Assembly (NCBI GenBank): GCA_031392945.1
Contig: JANMVT010000195.1
Span: 33,672-97,671 of the forward strand
Direction of reading: 5' to 3'
Length of the DNA: 64,000 bases
Source of the DNA: Rhodoferax sp.
Lineage (GTDB): Bacteria > Pseudomonadota > Gammaproteobacteria > Burkholderiales > Burkholderiaceae_C
Part shown: piece after piece, positions 8,701 to 17,281 of the stretch
Layout: each line of letters begins with the position of its first letter
Numbering within the stretch: the stretch's first letter is position 1
Position numbers and translations under genes: made by a program
The notes under the pieces: model-generated
What the model was told of the DNA's origin: nothing
The model's input: only the letters and a program-made list of their open reading frames with translations
Database searches by the model: none

Positions 8701-11700
8701 TGGAACCAGCCGGTGATCGCCTTGGCGTTGCTGGCGGGTCTGGCCGCAGCGCGCCTGGCTGGCGGCACACCGTCTCCGTGGCTGGCAGCGGGCCTGTGTT
8801 TGACCTGGGGCGCATCGCCGCTGTGGATCTGGTTGGTCAGCCGCACACGCCCGGCCCCGGCTGAGGCCAGCCTGCCGGTTGACGACCAAGTCTACCTGGA
8901 GGCACTGGCGCGCGACACTTGGGGGCTCTTTGTGCGCTCCGTCGGGCCACAGGACAACCATCTGCCGCCCGACAATTTGCAGATCACGCCGCATGACATG
9001 GTGGCCCACCGCACCTCCCCCACCAACATTGGCCTGTACCTGCTGAGCGTCGCCTGCGCCAGGGCGTTCGGCTGGATCGGCACGCAGGAGTTGATCACCC
9101 GCCTGGAGGCCACGCTGGCGACCCTGGCCAGGCTGCAACGCCATCGCGGCCACTTTCTGAACTGGTATGACACCCAGACGCTGGCGCCGCTCTTGCCGAT
9201 GTATGTGTCCACGGTGGACAGCGGCAATTTGAGCGGGCATTTGCTGGCCTTGGCCCAGGCCTGCATCGAATTGGCGGGAGTCCCTGGCGCCGGCCCAGCG
9301 CACGACGCGATGGCGGCCGAGACCAACGCCCGCCTGCTGGCACTCGCAGCAACGCTGGAGCAACTGGCCTGGGCGCCCGAGTTTGATTTTCTCTACCACC
9401 GCAAACGCCACCTGTTCCACATCGGCTTCAGGCTGGCCGAGCAACAGCTCGATTCCTCTTTTTATGACCTGCTTGCGTCGGAGTCGCGCCTGACCAGCCT
9501 GCTGGCCATCGCCAAGGGCGAGGTGCCAGTGCGCCACTGGGCCTCGCTGGGGCGGCCGTTTTACGCGGTGGGCGCCGACGCGGGCCTGCGTTCATGGTCG
9601 GGCTCGATGTTTGAGTACCTGATGCCCACCTTGATCCTCAACGAGCCGCACGGCAGCGTGTTGCATGGGGCCTGCCATGGCGCTGTGGCAGAGCAGGTGG
9701 CGTTTGCCCAGGCGCGGTCAGTGCCCTGGGGCATTTCGGAGTCGGCCTATGCGGCCAGCGACTTCACCCTGGCCTACCAGTACGCACCGCAGGGCGTGCC
9801 GCGGCTGGCGCTGCGGCGCACGCCGCCGGACGAACTGGTGGTCGCGCCCTACGCCACGGCGCTGGCGGCACAGATCGTGCCGCACACGGCCTGCGCCAAC
9901 TTCGCCGCGCTGCAGGCGCTGTCCGCGCGCGGCCAGTACGGCTTCATCGAGGCGCTGGACTATTCACCGGCGCGCCAGAACGAGAAAGAGGCATTCACCC
10001 CGGTCAACACTTTCATGGCGCACCACCAGGGCATGACGGTTGTGGCGCTGGCCAATGTGCTGCTGGACGGCGTGGCGCAGCGCTGGGGCATGGCCAACGC
10101 CCACATTGAGGCGGTCGCGTCCCTGTTGCACGAGCGCGCGCCGCGCGAGTTGTCGATCCTGCACGCCCCGCCCAGCTACCCACCGCCCCAGGCCCTGCAA
10201 CGGCGCGGCCCCGGCCTGCTGCGCGAGGTGTTGCCCGGCTCGGGCGCGCTGGAGCCTACGCATGTGCTGTCAAACGGCCGTTATAGCGTGACTTTGCGCG
10301 CCAATGGCGCCGGGTCGAGCCGCTGGGGCCAGACCGGTGTCACGCGCTGGCGCGACGATGCGCTGCGCGATGCTTATGGCAGCTTTTTTTACCTGCGCTC
10401 CAACGTGCAAAAGCAGGCGGTGTCGATCACCCAGCGCCCGGCGCCGGACCCGGCCGCCCAGTACTGTAGCAGTTTCCACGCCGACCGGGTCTGCTTCACT
10501 GCGGACTGGCCGAAACTGCATGCCCACACCACGGTCTGGGTCAGTCCGGAAGACGACATCGAATTCCGGCTGATAGAACTGCGCAACCTGGGCAAACACC
10601 CGATCGAGATCGAGTTGCTGTCGGCGTTCGAACTGAGCTTGTCCGAAGCGCGCGCAGACGAGGCGCATCCCGCATTCACCAACCTGTTTGTGCGCGCGCG
10701 GTGGCAGGCCTCGCAGCAGGCGCTGCTGTTTGAGCGCAAGGCGCGCCTGCCAACCGACAGGACGCTGCACGCGGCGCACTTTTTGACCAATGTCCAGGCC
10801 CAGGTGGTCGGCGTGCAGGCGCAGACCGACCGCCAGCGCTGGCTCGGGCGCAACCGCACGGCCGCCCTGCCCCTGGCCTCGTTTGACCCGCAGCCGTCCC
10901 ATCCGTCGGCGCATGGCGGCGCGCCAGGCGCGGATTTGGTCACCGGGCTTGACCCGGTGTGCGCATTGGCCATCCGCCTGCGCATCGCGCCCAATGACAA
11001 GGCTTTGCTCACCTTCGCCACGGCGGTGTCGGACGACGGCGCGACCCTGCATGCGGTGATCGACAAGTACAAGCAGCCCAGCAACGTGCAGCGCGCCTCA
11101 TTCATGTCCGCCACCTTGACTGGCATCCGCCTGCATGCCTTGCGCATCAGCGCCGAGAACTTCGTGGCGATCCAGACGCTCACGACAGCGCTGGCGCTCA
11201 ACCTGACCCACCCCCAGGCCCGCATTGCAAGCCATGCAGACGACCAGGACGGCGTGTGTGACCGGCGCCTGCTGTGGCGTTTTGGCATTTCAGGCGACCG
11301 GCCGATTTTGCTGGTGTCGGCGGGTGTGGCGCAGGGCGTGGGCTTGCTGCGCTCGCTGGCGCAGGGCCTGCGGCTCTGGTCCTGGGGCGGCGTCGCCTGC
11401 GACCTGGTGGTGCTGAATTCCGAACCCCTGTCGTACAACATGGATTTGCAACGCGAAATCGCTGCGTTGCGCGACCGCCATCTGGCCGAGAGCACGGCCG
11501 AATCGGGCCACGTCAATCCGGTTTGCACCGCCTTCCATGCGCTGCGCCTGGATGAGATCTCCAGCGGCGAGTTGTCCACTTTGAAAACGCTGGCGCGCGC
11601 GCACCTCTATTCCGACGGCCGGCCCCTGGCGCACCACGTGCAGGACTGGAGCGCCTTGCACGAACAGGCCTATGAGCGGCGCCACGCGGTCTCGACCACG

Positions 11701-14175
11701 GCCGTCTCGGTGACAGCCCTGGCCGGCACGCCGGCCGCGCCGGCGGGCGTGTTTGACGGCGGGTCGGGCGAGTTCATTTTTGATGTGGGCGCGAACCTGC
11801 GGCCCGCGCGGCCCTGGATCAATGTGCTGGCCAACCCGGCTTTCGGCGCGCAAATTTCAGAGTCCGGCGCGGGGTACACCTGGGCCTTGAACAGCCGCCT
11901 GAACCAGCTCACGGCCTGGTCGAACGACCCGGTGGCCGACCCGCCGTCGGAATGGTTTCTGCTGCAGGACTGCGACACCCTGGACGTGTGGAGCGTGGCG
12001 CCTGGCGCCTGGGGCGCAGAGGGCGCCACGTACTCGGTCAGCCATGGCCAGGGCGGCACCAGCATCAGCCACCGGCGCGGGCGCGTCGCCGTGACGGCCA
12101 CCTGGTGTGTGGACCCTGAAACGTCCGTGAAGCAAATCCACCTGGCGGTGATCAACCGGGGGCCGCGAAAAATCCGCCTGCGCCTGATTGGCGTGCTGGA
12201 GTGGGTCATGGGCACCAACCGGGTAGAGCGCCGGACGCTTGAGACCGCGCTGCACCGCCAACGCCTGTCCGGCCAAAAGCTGACCGCTTTGTTGTGCACC
12301 CAAACCGAGCGTTCGGGCGGTTTTGGCGGCGGCACGGCGTTTTTCGCGCTGGCCGGCCCCGCCGACCAGGAAGAGGACTGGACTTGCGACCGGCGCGAAT
12401 GCTTCGACGCGCGCGGCGTGTTGGTGGTGCCCGACCATTTTGGGCAACAGCAGGGGCTCGGCCTGGATCCTTGCGCCGCCTTGGCCACCCGGGTGACGGT
12501 GGGCGCAGGCGAGTCGTTGGAACGCGTGTTTCTGCTCGGCTTTGGCGAGAACGCAGACGCCGCCAGGGCCTTGGCCGCCTCGGCCGGCGCCACGGCGCCA
12601 CGCCAGCGGATGGCGCAGGCGCGCGGCAAATGGGACGCGCTGCTGGGCGCGACCACGGTCAAGACGCCGGACCCGCTGTTTGACGTCATGGTGAACCGCT
12701 GGCTGCTTTACCAGAACGTGGCCTGCCGCCTGTGGGCCAAGGCAGGCTTCTACCAGGCCGGCGGCGCGACCGGTTTTCGCGACCAGTTGCAGGATGCGAT
12801 GGCGCTGGCCTGGGCCGCGCCGCAGATGTTGCGCCAGCAGATCGTGCTGTGCGCGTCGCGCCAGTTTGTCCAGGGCGATGTGCAGCACTGGTGGCACGGG
12901 CCCACCGGCGCCGGGGTGCGCACGCATTTCAGCGACGACCTGCTTTGGCTGCCGTTTGCCGCAGCCCATTACCTGCGCGCCACCGGCGACGCTGGTTTGC
13001 TGGATGAGGCGGCGGCCTTCATCGAAGGCGCCGCCATCCCGCCCGGCGCGGAAGACGCCTATTACGTGCCCGATGTCAGCGCCGAGCGCGCAACGGTGTA
13101 TGAACATGCGGCGCGCGCCATCGACCACAGCCTGAAAGTCGGCGCGCACGGCCTGCCGTTGATGGGCAGCGGCGACTGGAACGATGGCATGAACCGCGTC
13201 GGCATCGAAGGGCGCGGCGAGTCGGTCTGGCTGGGCTGGTTTTTATGCCGCGTGGTGGCGGACTTCGCCCCGCTGGCGCGCGCGCGCGGCGATTTGGCGC
13301 GGGTGCAGGCCTGGGAGAGCGCGGCGCTGGGCTGGCAAGCCGCCCTGCTGGGTGCGGCCTGGGATGGGCAATGGTTCAAGCGCGCGTTTTTCGACGATGG
13401 CCAGCCGCTCGGCTCCAACACCAACACCGAGGCGCGCATCGACTTGATCGCCCAGGCCTGGGCTGTGCTGTCGGGCGTCGCGCCTGTTGCGTTGCAACGC
13501 ATGGCCCTGGCGTCGGTGGAGACGCATCTGGTTGACCACAGCGCCGGCTTGATCAAGCTGCTCGACCCGCCGTTGGCGCATGCCCTCCCCAGCGCAGGCT
13601 ACATCCAGGCCTATCCGCCTGGCGTGCGCGAGAACGGCGGGCAGTATTCGCACGCCGGGGTGTGGGCGCTGATGGCCCAGGCACAATTCGCCAGCGCCGC
13701 AAACGAACCGGGCAAAGGCCAGGATATCGCCTATCGCGACTTCACCTGGCTCAGTCCGGCGCATCGCTCGCGCCACCCGGCGCAAAACACCGCCTACGCC
13801 CTCGAGCCCTATGTGATGGCCGGCGACGTCTACACCCAGGCGCCTTATGCCGGACGCGGCGGCTGGAGCTGGTACACCGGCGCTGCGGCCTGGATGCACC
13901 GCGCGGCAGTCGAATCGATTTTTGGCTTGCGGCTTGACGCGGCCAGCCTGAGCTTCACGCCCTGCCTGCCTTCGCACTGGCCCCAGGCCGAACTGGTCTT
14001 GAACCGGGACGGGCGCAGCATGCGCTTCATCCTGATGCGCGCTACCGAGCCGGACGCGCTGGCAGCCGCTGCGCAGTGGGACGCGGCCTTGCTGCGCCCG
14101 CAGCAGGCGCTGGCCTGGACAGCCTTGCAGGAGCGCGCCTGCTTTGTCATTCCTTTGCCGCTGGCCGGGCATTGA
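5785..14175 (+). CDS. ndvB: cyclic beta-1,2-glucan synthase (NdvB/ChvB/Cgs type: membrane GT84 domain plus GH94 phosphorylase-like C-terminal region)
   Basis: ORF 5569..14175, with the in-frame ATG at 5785 preferred (about 2796 aa). Size and architecture are typical. N-terminal TM segments, glycosyltransferase core (YIVTLDSDTQLPPG, QLLRWTRGDWQL-like HRWTRGDWQLL) and a C-terminal cellobiose-phosphorylase-like region (GSGDWNDGMNRVG). Confidence 0.9.
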   Translation: MPASALQRLVPDAPQVLCDMLDGARGVVQPPIRSEIFGLQRFAQHGRSLGATHRAASARASASRFFPRLRDNIQMLRDAHNYIGLQARTGYDISPAAEWLLDNFHLIEAQLKAINEGLPRSYFRSLPMLQDEPLAGLPRVYGIAWAFVAHTDSAFDETLVSQFLNAYQETRELNLSEIWALPTTLRVVLIENLRRLAERVATNKAAREVANLVCDKIERHSLPALDELLALLKLRGVGRVFLAQMAQRLRERPKSGPGPGGDKARYHEWLQAALPDPAAAQIQQPLDQAADNLSVSNAVKSLRAIGDADWIDIVALTSKLMQLMLRSPVFEAEDSATRGQTLNAIERLARRAGRGEAEVAQSLLGLMRADAPQANQPDAAQTVADHWLRGAGRAALWRELGLRHTALLPWLDALRGAALPAYLTALLLGTAGLMAWILLHHSDGLMDASAPWWLTLLGAALMVFPASETVVAVVNRLISESVRPVHLPRLAFADGVPAAHRVLVVIPSMLTSVAGARELAHRLQLHYLANPERQAQFALLTDWADASQEQLPSDAGLLGAATQQINALNALYPRGPNPPGPPDPPGAPEPAGQGGAAPRFILLHRARRFSQTEQRWIGWERKRGKLELLVAALADGKTSAFLDLGEASRIEAGTPYIVTLDSDTQLPPGTLRELVGVAAHPCNQPRLDAGRCRVVDGYGILQPRVVTPLPAVKDFTLFHWLFAGQCGIDPYSAATSEVYQDVFAEGSFTGKGLLNVGAVHAVLSGRMPEGQVLSHDLLEGSVARCAAVTNINLIEDAPFHADAAASRMHRWTRGDWQLLPVLLTPRRFKLGMINRWKMFDNLRRTLVPPMSLALLLLALGGAIMSPWAALILVLAAFSAGPLMGAVAGFSPSRDDLAISHFYRKAGADLARALWGGLWFLAQLPQQSLLALDAVLRSLYRMAVSHRHLLQWTTAATAQAQALAGLAALARQHWNQPVIALALLAGLAAARLAGGTPSPWLAAGLCLTWGASPLWIWLVSRTRPAPAEASLPVDDQVYLEALARDTWGLFVRSVGPQDNHLPPDNLQITPHDMVAHRTSPTNIGLYLLSVACARAFGWIGTQELITRLEATLATLARLQRHRGHFLNWYDTQTLAPLLPMYVSTVDSGNLSGHLLALAQACIELAGVPGAGPAHDAMAAETNARLLALAATLEQLAWAPEFDFLYHRKRHLFHIGFRLAEQQLDSSFYDLLASESRLTSLLAIAKGEVPVRHWASLGRPFYAVGADAGLRSWSGSMFEYLMPTLILNEPHGSVLHGACHGAVAEQVAFAQARSVPWGISESAYAASDFTLAYQYAPQGVPRLALRRTPPDELVVAPYATALAAQIVPHTACANFAALQALSARGQYGFIEALDYSPARQNEKEAFTPVNTFMAHHQGMTVVALANVLLDGVAQRWGMANAHIEAVASLLHERAPRELSILHAPPSYPPPQALQRRGPGLLREVLPGSGALEPTHVLSNGRYSVTLRANGAGSSRWGQTGVTRWRDDALRDAYGSFFYLRSNVQKQAVSITQRPAPDPAAQYCSSFHADRVCFTADWPKLHAHTTVWVSPEDDIEFRLIELRNLGKHPIEIELLSAFELSLSEARADEAHPAFTNLFVRARWQASQQALLFERKARLPTDRTLHAAHFLTNVQAQVVGVQAQTDRQRWLGRNRTAALPLASFDPQPSHPSAHGGAPGADLVTGLDPVCALAIRLRIAPNDKALLTFATAVSDDGATLHAVIDKYKQPSNVQRASFMSATLTGIRLHALRISAENFVAIQTLTTALALNLTHPQARIASHADDQDGVCDRRLLWRFGISGDRPILLVSAGVAQGVGLLRSLAQGLRLWSWGGVACDLVVLNSEPLSYNMDLQREIAALRDRHLAESTAESGHVNPVCTAFHALRLDEISSGELSTLKTLARAHLYSDGRPLAHHVQDWSALHEQAYERRHAVSTTAVSVTALAGTPAAPAGVFDGGSGEFIFDVGANLRPARPWINVLANPAFGAQISESGAGYTWALNSRLNQLTAWSNDPVADPPSEWFLLQDCDTLDVWSVAPGAWGAEGATYSVSHGQGGTSISHRRGRVAVTATWCVDPETSVKQIHLAVINRGPRKIRLRLIGVLEWVMGTNRVERRTLETALHRQRLSGQKLTALLCTQTERSGGFGGGTAFFALAGPADQEEDWTCDRRECFDARGVLVVPDHFGQQQGLGLDPCAALATRVTVGAGESLERVFLLGFGENADAARALAASAGATAPRQRMAQARGKWDALLGATTVKTPDPLFDVMVNRWLLYQNVACRLWAKAGFYQAGGATGFRDQLQDAMALAWAAPQMLRQQIVLCASRQFVQGDVQHWWHGPTGAGVRTHFSDDLLWLPFAAAHYLRATGDAGLLDEAAAFIEGAAIPPGAEDAYYVPDVSAERATVYEHAARAIDHSLKVGAHGLPLMGSGDWNDGMNRVGIEGRGESVWLGWFLCRVVADFAPLARARGDLARVQAWESAALGWQAALLGAAWDGQWFKRAFFDDGQPLGSNTNTEARIDLIAQAWAVLSGVAPVALQRMALASVETHLVDHSAGLIKLLDPPLAHALPSAGYIQAYPPGVRENGGQYSHAGVWALMAQAQFASAANEPGKGQDIAYRDFTWLSPAHRSRHPAQNTAYALEPYVMAGDVYTQAPYAGRGGWSWYTGAAAWMHRAAVESIFGLRLDAASLSFTPCLPSHWPQAELVLNRDGRSMRFILMRATEPDALAAAAQWDAALLRPQQALAWTALQERACFVIPLPLAGH
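7515..7541. repeat. 3 x 9-nt tandem repeat (TCCGCCAGG/TCCGCCAGA/TCCGCCAGG) inside ndvB
   Basis: Read directly. It lies inside the Pro-rich tract NPPGPPDPPGAP in an inter-domain linker. Confidence 0.85.
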
Positions 14176-14313
14176 CCAGGGCGGCGCGCGGCGCTGTCCT
14201 ACAAGGCCAAGCGCCAGAGGCTGATAGCGGCCCCTGGCTGCCCCTTCTAAAGTTGCCCCATCCGCCGCAAGCGCCATCGCAAGCGGCCTTCGCGCACAAC
14301 CAAGGATCCCGCC

Positions 14314-14886
14314 ATGACCGTCAAAAGCGATACGACCAATGTCAAACAATTGCCCGTTCCGGACCACCCGCGCATGGTGCTCGATGAGGCTGCGCTGGAC
14401 GCGGCCCGGCGCAGCATCGACCAGGGCGCCGTGACCCCAAGCTACGGCCCATGGCGCAAGGACATCATCAAGCTGCTCAATGATTCACTGGCCACGGAGT
14501 TGGTGTGTGTGCTGCGCTACAAGCGCCACCACTTCACTGCCAGCGGCCTGTCGTCGCCCAAGATCGCTGAAGAATTTCTGGTGCACGCCAACGAGGAAGC
14601 GGGCCATGGCGACCGGCTGGCCCAGCGCATCGTGCAGTTGGGCGGAGAGCCAGACTTTTCCCCCGATTCACTGAGCGGGCGCAGCCACGCCGCTTATGAC
14701 GACGCCACCGACCTGAAGGCGATGATCCGGGCCAACCTGGTCGCCGAACGCGTGGCGATTGAAGCCTACAGCCAGATCATCGCCCTGATCGGCGACAAGG
14801 ATTCAACCACGCGGCGCCTGCTGGAAGACATCCTCAGCGACGAGCAGGAGCATGCCGAAGAACTCAAGGACTGGCTGGCTGAATAG
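14314..14886 (+). CDS. ferritin-like/bacterioferritin-family protein
   Basis: 190 aa. Di-iron ligand-like motifs EEAGHGDRL and SDEQEHAEELKDWL. AGGA ribosome-binding site upstream. Confidence 0.75.
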   Translation: MTVKSDTTNVKQLPVPDHPRMVLDEAALDAARRSIDQGAVTPSYGPWRKDIIKLLNDSLATELVCVLRYKRHHFTASGLSSPKIAEEFLVHANEEAGHGDRLAQRIVQLGGEPDFSPDSLSGRSHAAYDDATDLKAMIRANLVAERVAIEAYSQIIALIGDKDSTTRRLLEDILSDEQEHAEELKDWLAE

Positions 14887-14973
14887 ACAGCCGATATTTT
14901 TCCGCCCACGGGTGGTGGGGCCGTCACCACCCTGAGATATCAATCACACATCACTTTTAACTGGAGATCAACC

Positions 14974-15288
14974 ATGAACATCCGCACCACCCTCGCCGCC
15001 ATAATCGCCGCCGCCGCCCTGCTCACTGCCACCGGTTGCGCTGTCAGCCGTGGCCAGGAAACCGTTGGCGCCTACATTGACGACACCGGCATCACCACCC
15101 TCGTCAAATCCCGCTTCATTGAAAACAAACAGGTGGACGCCGCCAGCATCAAGGTTGAAACCCTCAATGGCACCGTGATGCTGTCGGGCTTCGCCAAAAA
15201 CTACACCGAGAAAGCCACGGCCGGCGACATCGCGCGCGGCGTCAACGGCGTGAAGATGGTCAAGAACGAAATCGCGGTTCGTCCTTGA
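14974..15288 (+). CDS. BON-domain lipoprotein (OsmY-like)
   Basis: 104 aa. Lipobox LLTATGC, then one BON domain (DDTGITTLVKSRF...IKVETLNGTVMLSGFA...V). Confidence 0.85.
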   Translation: MNIRTTLAAIIAAAALLTATGCAVSRGQETVGAYIDDTGITTLVKSRFIENKQVDAASIKVETLNGTVMLSGFAKNYTEKATAGDIARGVNGVKMVKNEIAVRP

Positions 15289-15344
15289 GTTTTTGACGCC
15301 AAACCCATTTCAATTTTTTTATTTATCAAGCGAAGGAGTTTCAT

Positions 15345-15578
15345 ATGAACTGGAATCGAATTGAAGGCAACTGGAAACAGGTGACCGGCAAAGCCAAAGA
15401 ACAGTGGGGCAAGCTGACCGACGACGACTTTGACATCGTCGCCGGGCGGCGCGACCAGCTGGCCGGCAAAATCCAGGAGCGTTATGGCGTGGCCAAGGAT
15501 GACGCTGAAAAACAAGTCACCGAATGGAGCCGCAAGGCGACGGACTCCTGGTTCACCAAGGACAAGGACAGCCTTTGA
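15345..15578 (+). CDS. CsbD-family general stress protein
   Basis: 77 aa. NWNRIEGNWKQVTGKAKEQWGKLTDDD...LAGKIQERYG is the canonical CsbD pattern. AAGGAG ribosome-binding site. Confidence 0.9.
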   Translation: MNWNRIEGNWKQVTGKAKEQWGKLTDDDFDIVAGRRDQLAGKIQERYGVAKDDAEKQVTEWSRKATDSWFTKDKDSL

Positions 15579-15599
15579 ACGGCAGCCCAGATCGGCGCA

Positions 15600-15640
15600 G
15601 CATGCGCCGTCTCCCACGCGGCGCATGCCGCGTTTTTTTT
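15600..15640 (+). terminator. rho-independent terminator after the csbD-like gene
   Basis: 10-bp stem GCATGCGCCG/CGGCGCATGC (15600-15609 / 15619-15628) followed by T8 (15633-15640). Confidence 0.85.
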
Positions 15641-15647
15641 GCCAAAA

Positions 15648-15673
15648 TGCTATATTTTTAGAAGCATACTATC
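15648..15673. repeat. AT-rich palindromic intergenic element, copy 2 (TGCTATATTTTTAGAAGCATACTATC)
   Basis: Its reverse complement, GATAGTATGCTTCTAAAAATATAGCA, aligns with the TAGTTAGCTACTATTTTTATAGTG copy at 30933. It lies between the csbD terminator and ppk2. Confidence 0.55.
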
Positions 15674-15753
15674 TATATTTCACAAGGGAAATATGCCGTT
15701 TTTCCTGTTTGTTCGCAACCGAACAGACGAATCGGTCGCAGGCAGGCAAGCTG

Positions 15754-16644
15754 ATGAACCATACTTTACGGAATGCGGCCATGAACGCAAAAACCAGACA
15801 GGGCAAACCCATCACGCCGGCCGAAAAAGCGGCGGCCATCGGCAAGCGGGCCGGGGCGCCCGATCCGGCGGGTGCCGGTGTTTCGATCGCCCGCAAGGAC
15901 TACAAAGCCCAGATGCGCCTGCTCCAGATCGAGTTGGTGAAATTGCAGCGCCACATCATCGCCTGCGGGGAAAAGATCCTCGTTTTGTTTGAAGGGCGCG
16001 ACGCGGCCGGCAAGGACGGCAGCATCAAGCGCATCGTCAAGTACCTGAGCCCGCGTGAAACGCGGGTGGTGGCGCTTGGCAAGCCGTCCGACCGGCAGCA
16101 GAGCGGCTGGTACTTCCAGCGTTATGTGGCCCAGCTTCCGGTGGCGCAGGAGCTGGTTTTGTTCAATCGCAGCTGGTACAACCGCGCCGGCGTCGAACAG
16201 GTGATGGGTTTTTGCACCGAAGACGAGTACGAGGCCTTCATGCAGACCGTGCCGAAGTTCGAGGAAATGCTGGTCAATTCCGGCTTCACGCTGCTGAAGT
16301 ACTACCTGGACATCAGCAAGGACGAGCAGATTCTGCGTCTGGCCGACCGTGCGCGCAACCCGCTCAAGCAATGGAAGGCCAGTCCGATCGACGCGGTCGC
16401 CGTCAAGCACTGGAAAGCCTACTCCAGCGCGCGCGACGCCATGCTGCTGCGCACCCACACCGCCACGTCGCCATGGTGCGTCGTGCGGGGCGACGACAAG
16501 CGCCTGGCGCGGCTCAACCTGATGCGCGACATGTTGTCACGCCTTCGTTACGCCGACAAAAACGAGGCATTGCTGCGGCCCGACCGTACCATCGTGTTCG
16601 AATTCACGCTGGATTGCATCGGCGCCAAAAAACTGGCCCGCTGA
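15754..16644 (+). CDS. ppk2: polyphosphate kinase 2 (PPK2 family)
   Basis: ORF 15430..16644 overlaps csbD, so the in-frame ATG at 15754 is preferred (296 aa). Walker-A-like FEGRDAAGKDGSIKRI and RSWYNRAGVE are typical of PPK2. Confidence 0.85.
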   Translation: MNHTLRNAAMNAKTRQGKPITPAEKAAAIGKRAGAPDPAGAGVSIARKDYKAQMRLLQIELVKLQRHIIACGEKILVLFEGRDAAGKDGSIKRIVKYLSPRETRVVALGKPSDRQQSGWYFQRYVAQLPVAQELVLFNRSWYNRAGVEQVMGFCTEDEYEAFMQTVPKFEEMLVNSGFTLLKYYLDISKDEQILRLADRARNPLKQWKASPIDAVAVKHWKAYSSARDAMLLRTHTATSPWCVVRGDDKRLARLNLMRDMLSRLRYADKNEALLRPDRTIVFEFTLDCIGAKKLAR

Positions 16645-16811
16645 CTGTCGGCAAAGCAGTATTTCAGGGTTGTGTTCGCCATCGCACAGAACTGCGCGCC
16701 CAAGCGCCTTATCCTGACCCTGTGCCGTAGGCGATGCCGGATCGCAGCGGCTAATTCACGGGAGGCCAAACACCTCGCGTTCCGAGATTGCCCACTTTTC
16801 AAGGATCCACA

Positions 16812-17075
16812 ATGAACCATCCAATCCCAATTCTGGCGCTGTTCGCAGCCCTGGCGCTTGGCGCCTGTCAAAAGCCCGATGTCGTCGTCATGCCGACTAC
16901 GCCTGTCGCTGTGCCTGGGCCCGCCGGCCCCACCGGAGCCACCGGCAACACCGGTTCGACCGGCAGTCAGGGCAATGACGGCAACACGGGCAACACGGGT
17001 GCCACCGGCAAGACCGGCGGCGGCACCACCGTCGTCGTCGTTCCTGGCGCGCCCGCATCGGCGCCTGCGAACTGA
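16812..17075 (+). CDS. mini collagen-like (Gly-X-Thr repeat) lipoprotein
   Basis: 87 aa from the ATG at 16812 (AGGA ribosome-binding site). Lipobox ALGAC. 12 uninterrupted G-X-Y triplets (16917..17024: [36 protein letters not shown]). C-terminal TTVVVVPGAP. Paralog at 41742. Confidence 0.75.
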   Translation: MNHPIPILALFAALALGACQKPDVVVMPTTPVAVPGPAGPTGATGNTGSTGSQGNDGNTGNTGATGKTGGGTTVVVVPGAPASAPAN

Positions 17076-17107
17076 GGCATGTTTTTCAATCCTTCAAGGA
17101 GAATCCC

Positions 17108-17266
17108 ATGAGTCTTGGCACCATACTTTTGATCGTTCTGGTTTTGCTGCTGATTGGCGTCTTTCCTACCTGGGGGCACAGCAGCAGTTGGGGTTATGGC
17201 CCCAGCGGCGGAATCGGCCTGTTGGTGGTCATCGTGATCGTACTGCTGGTGATGGGGCGAATCTAG
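17108..17266 (+). CDS. DUF3309-type small membrane protein (52 aa), absent from the ORF track
   Basis: Hand-translated as MSLGTILLIVLVLLLIGVFPTWGHSSSWGYGPSGGIGLLVVIVIVLLVMGRI. AAGGAG sits 7 nt upstream. Two hydrophobic helices flank the WGYGPSGG motif that I recall for DUF3309. Confidence 0.75.
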   Translation: MSLGTILLIVLVLLLIGVFPTWGHSSSWGYGPSGGIGLLVVIVIVLLVMGRI

Positions 17267-17281
17267 CGCGACACACCCGCG

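Noticed and set aside
6868-9537. 889-aa ORF on the minus strand, plus many other 100-400-aa ORFs in all frames between 5.5 and 14.4 kb
   Set aside because: They lie antisense to or out of frame with ndvB, whose product has clear glucan-synthase motifs. Their translations are Arg/Ala/Gly/Pro-rich low-complexity strings, typical of spurious ORFs in GC-rich DNA.
15430-15753. N-terminal extension of the PPK2 ORF, overlapping csbD and its terminator
   Set aside because: It would read through a strong rho-independent terminator (15600-15640) and overlap the canonical CsbD gene. PPK2 homology starts after the ATG at 15754.
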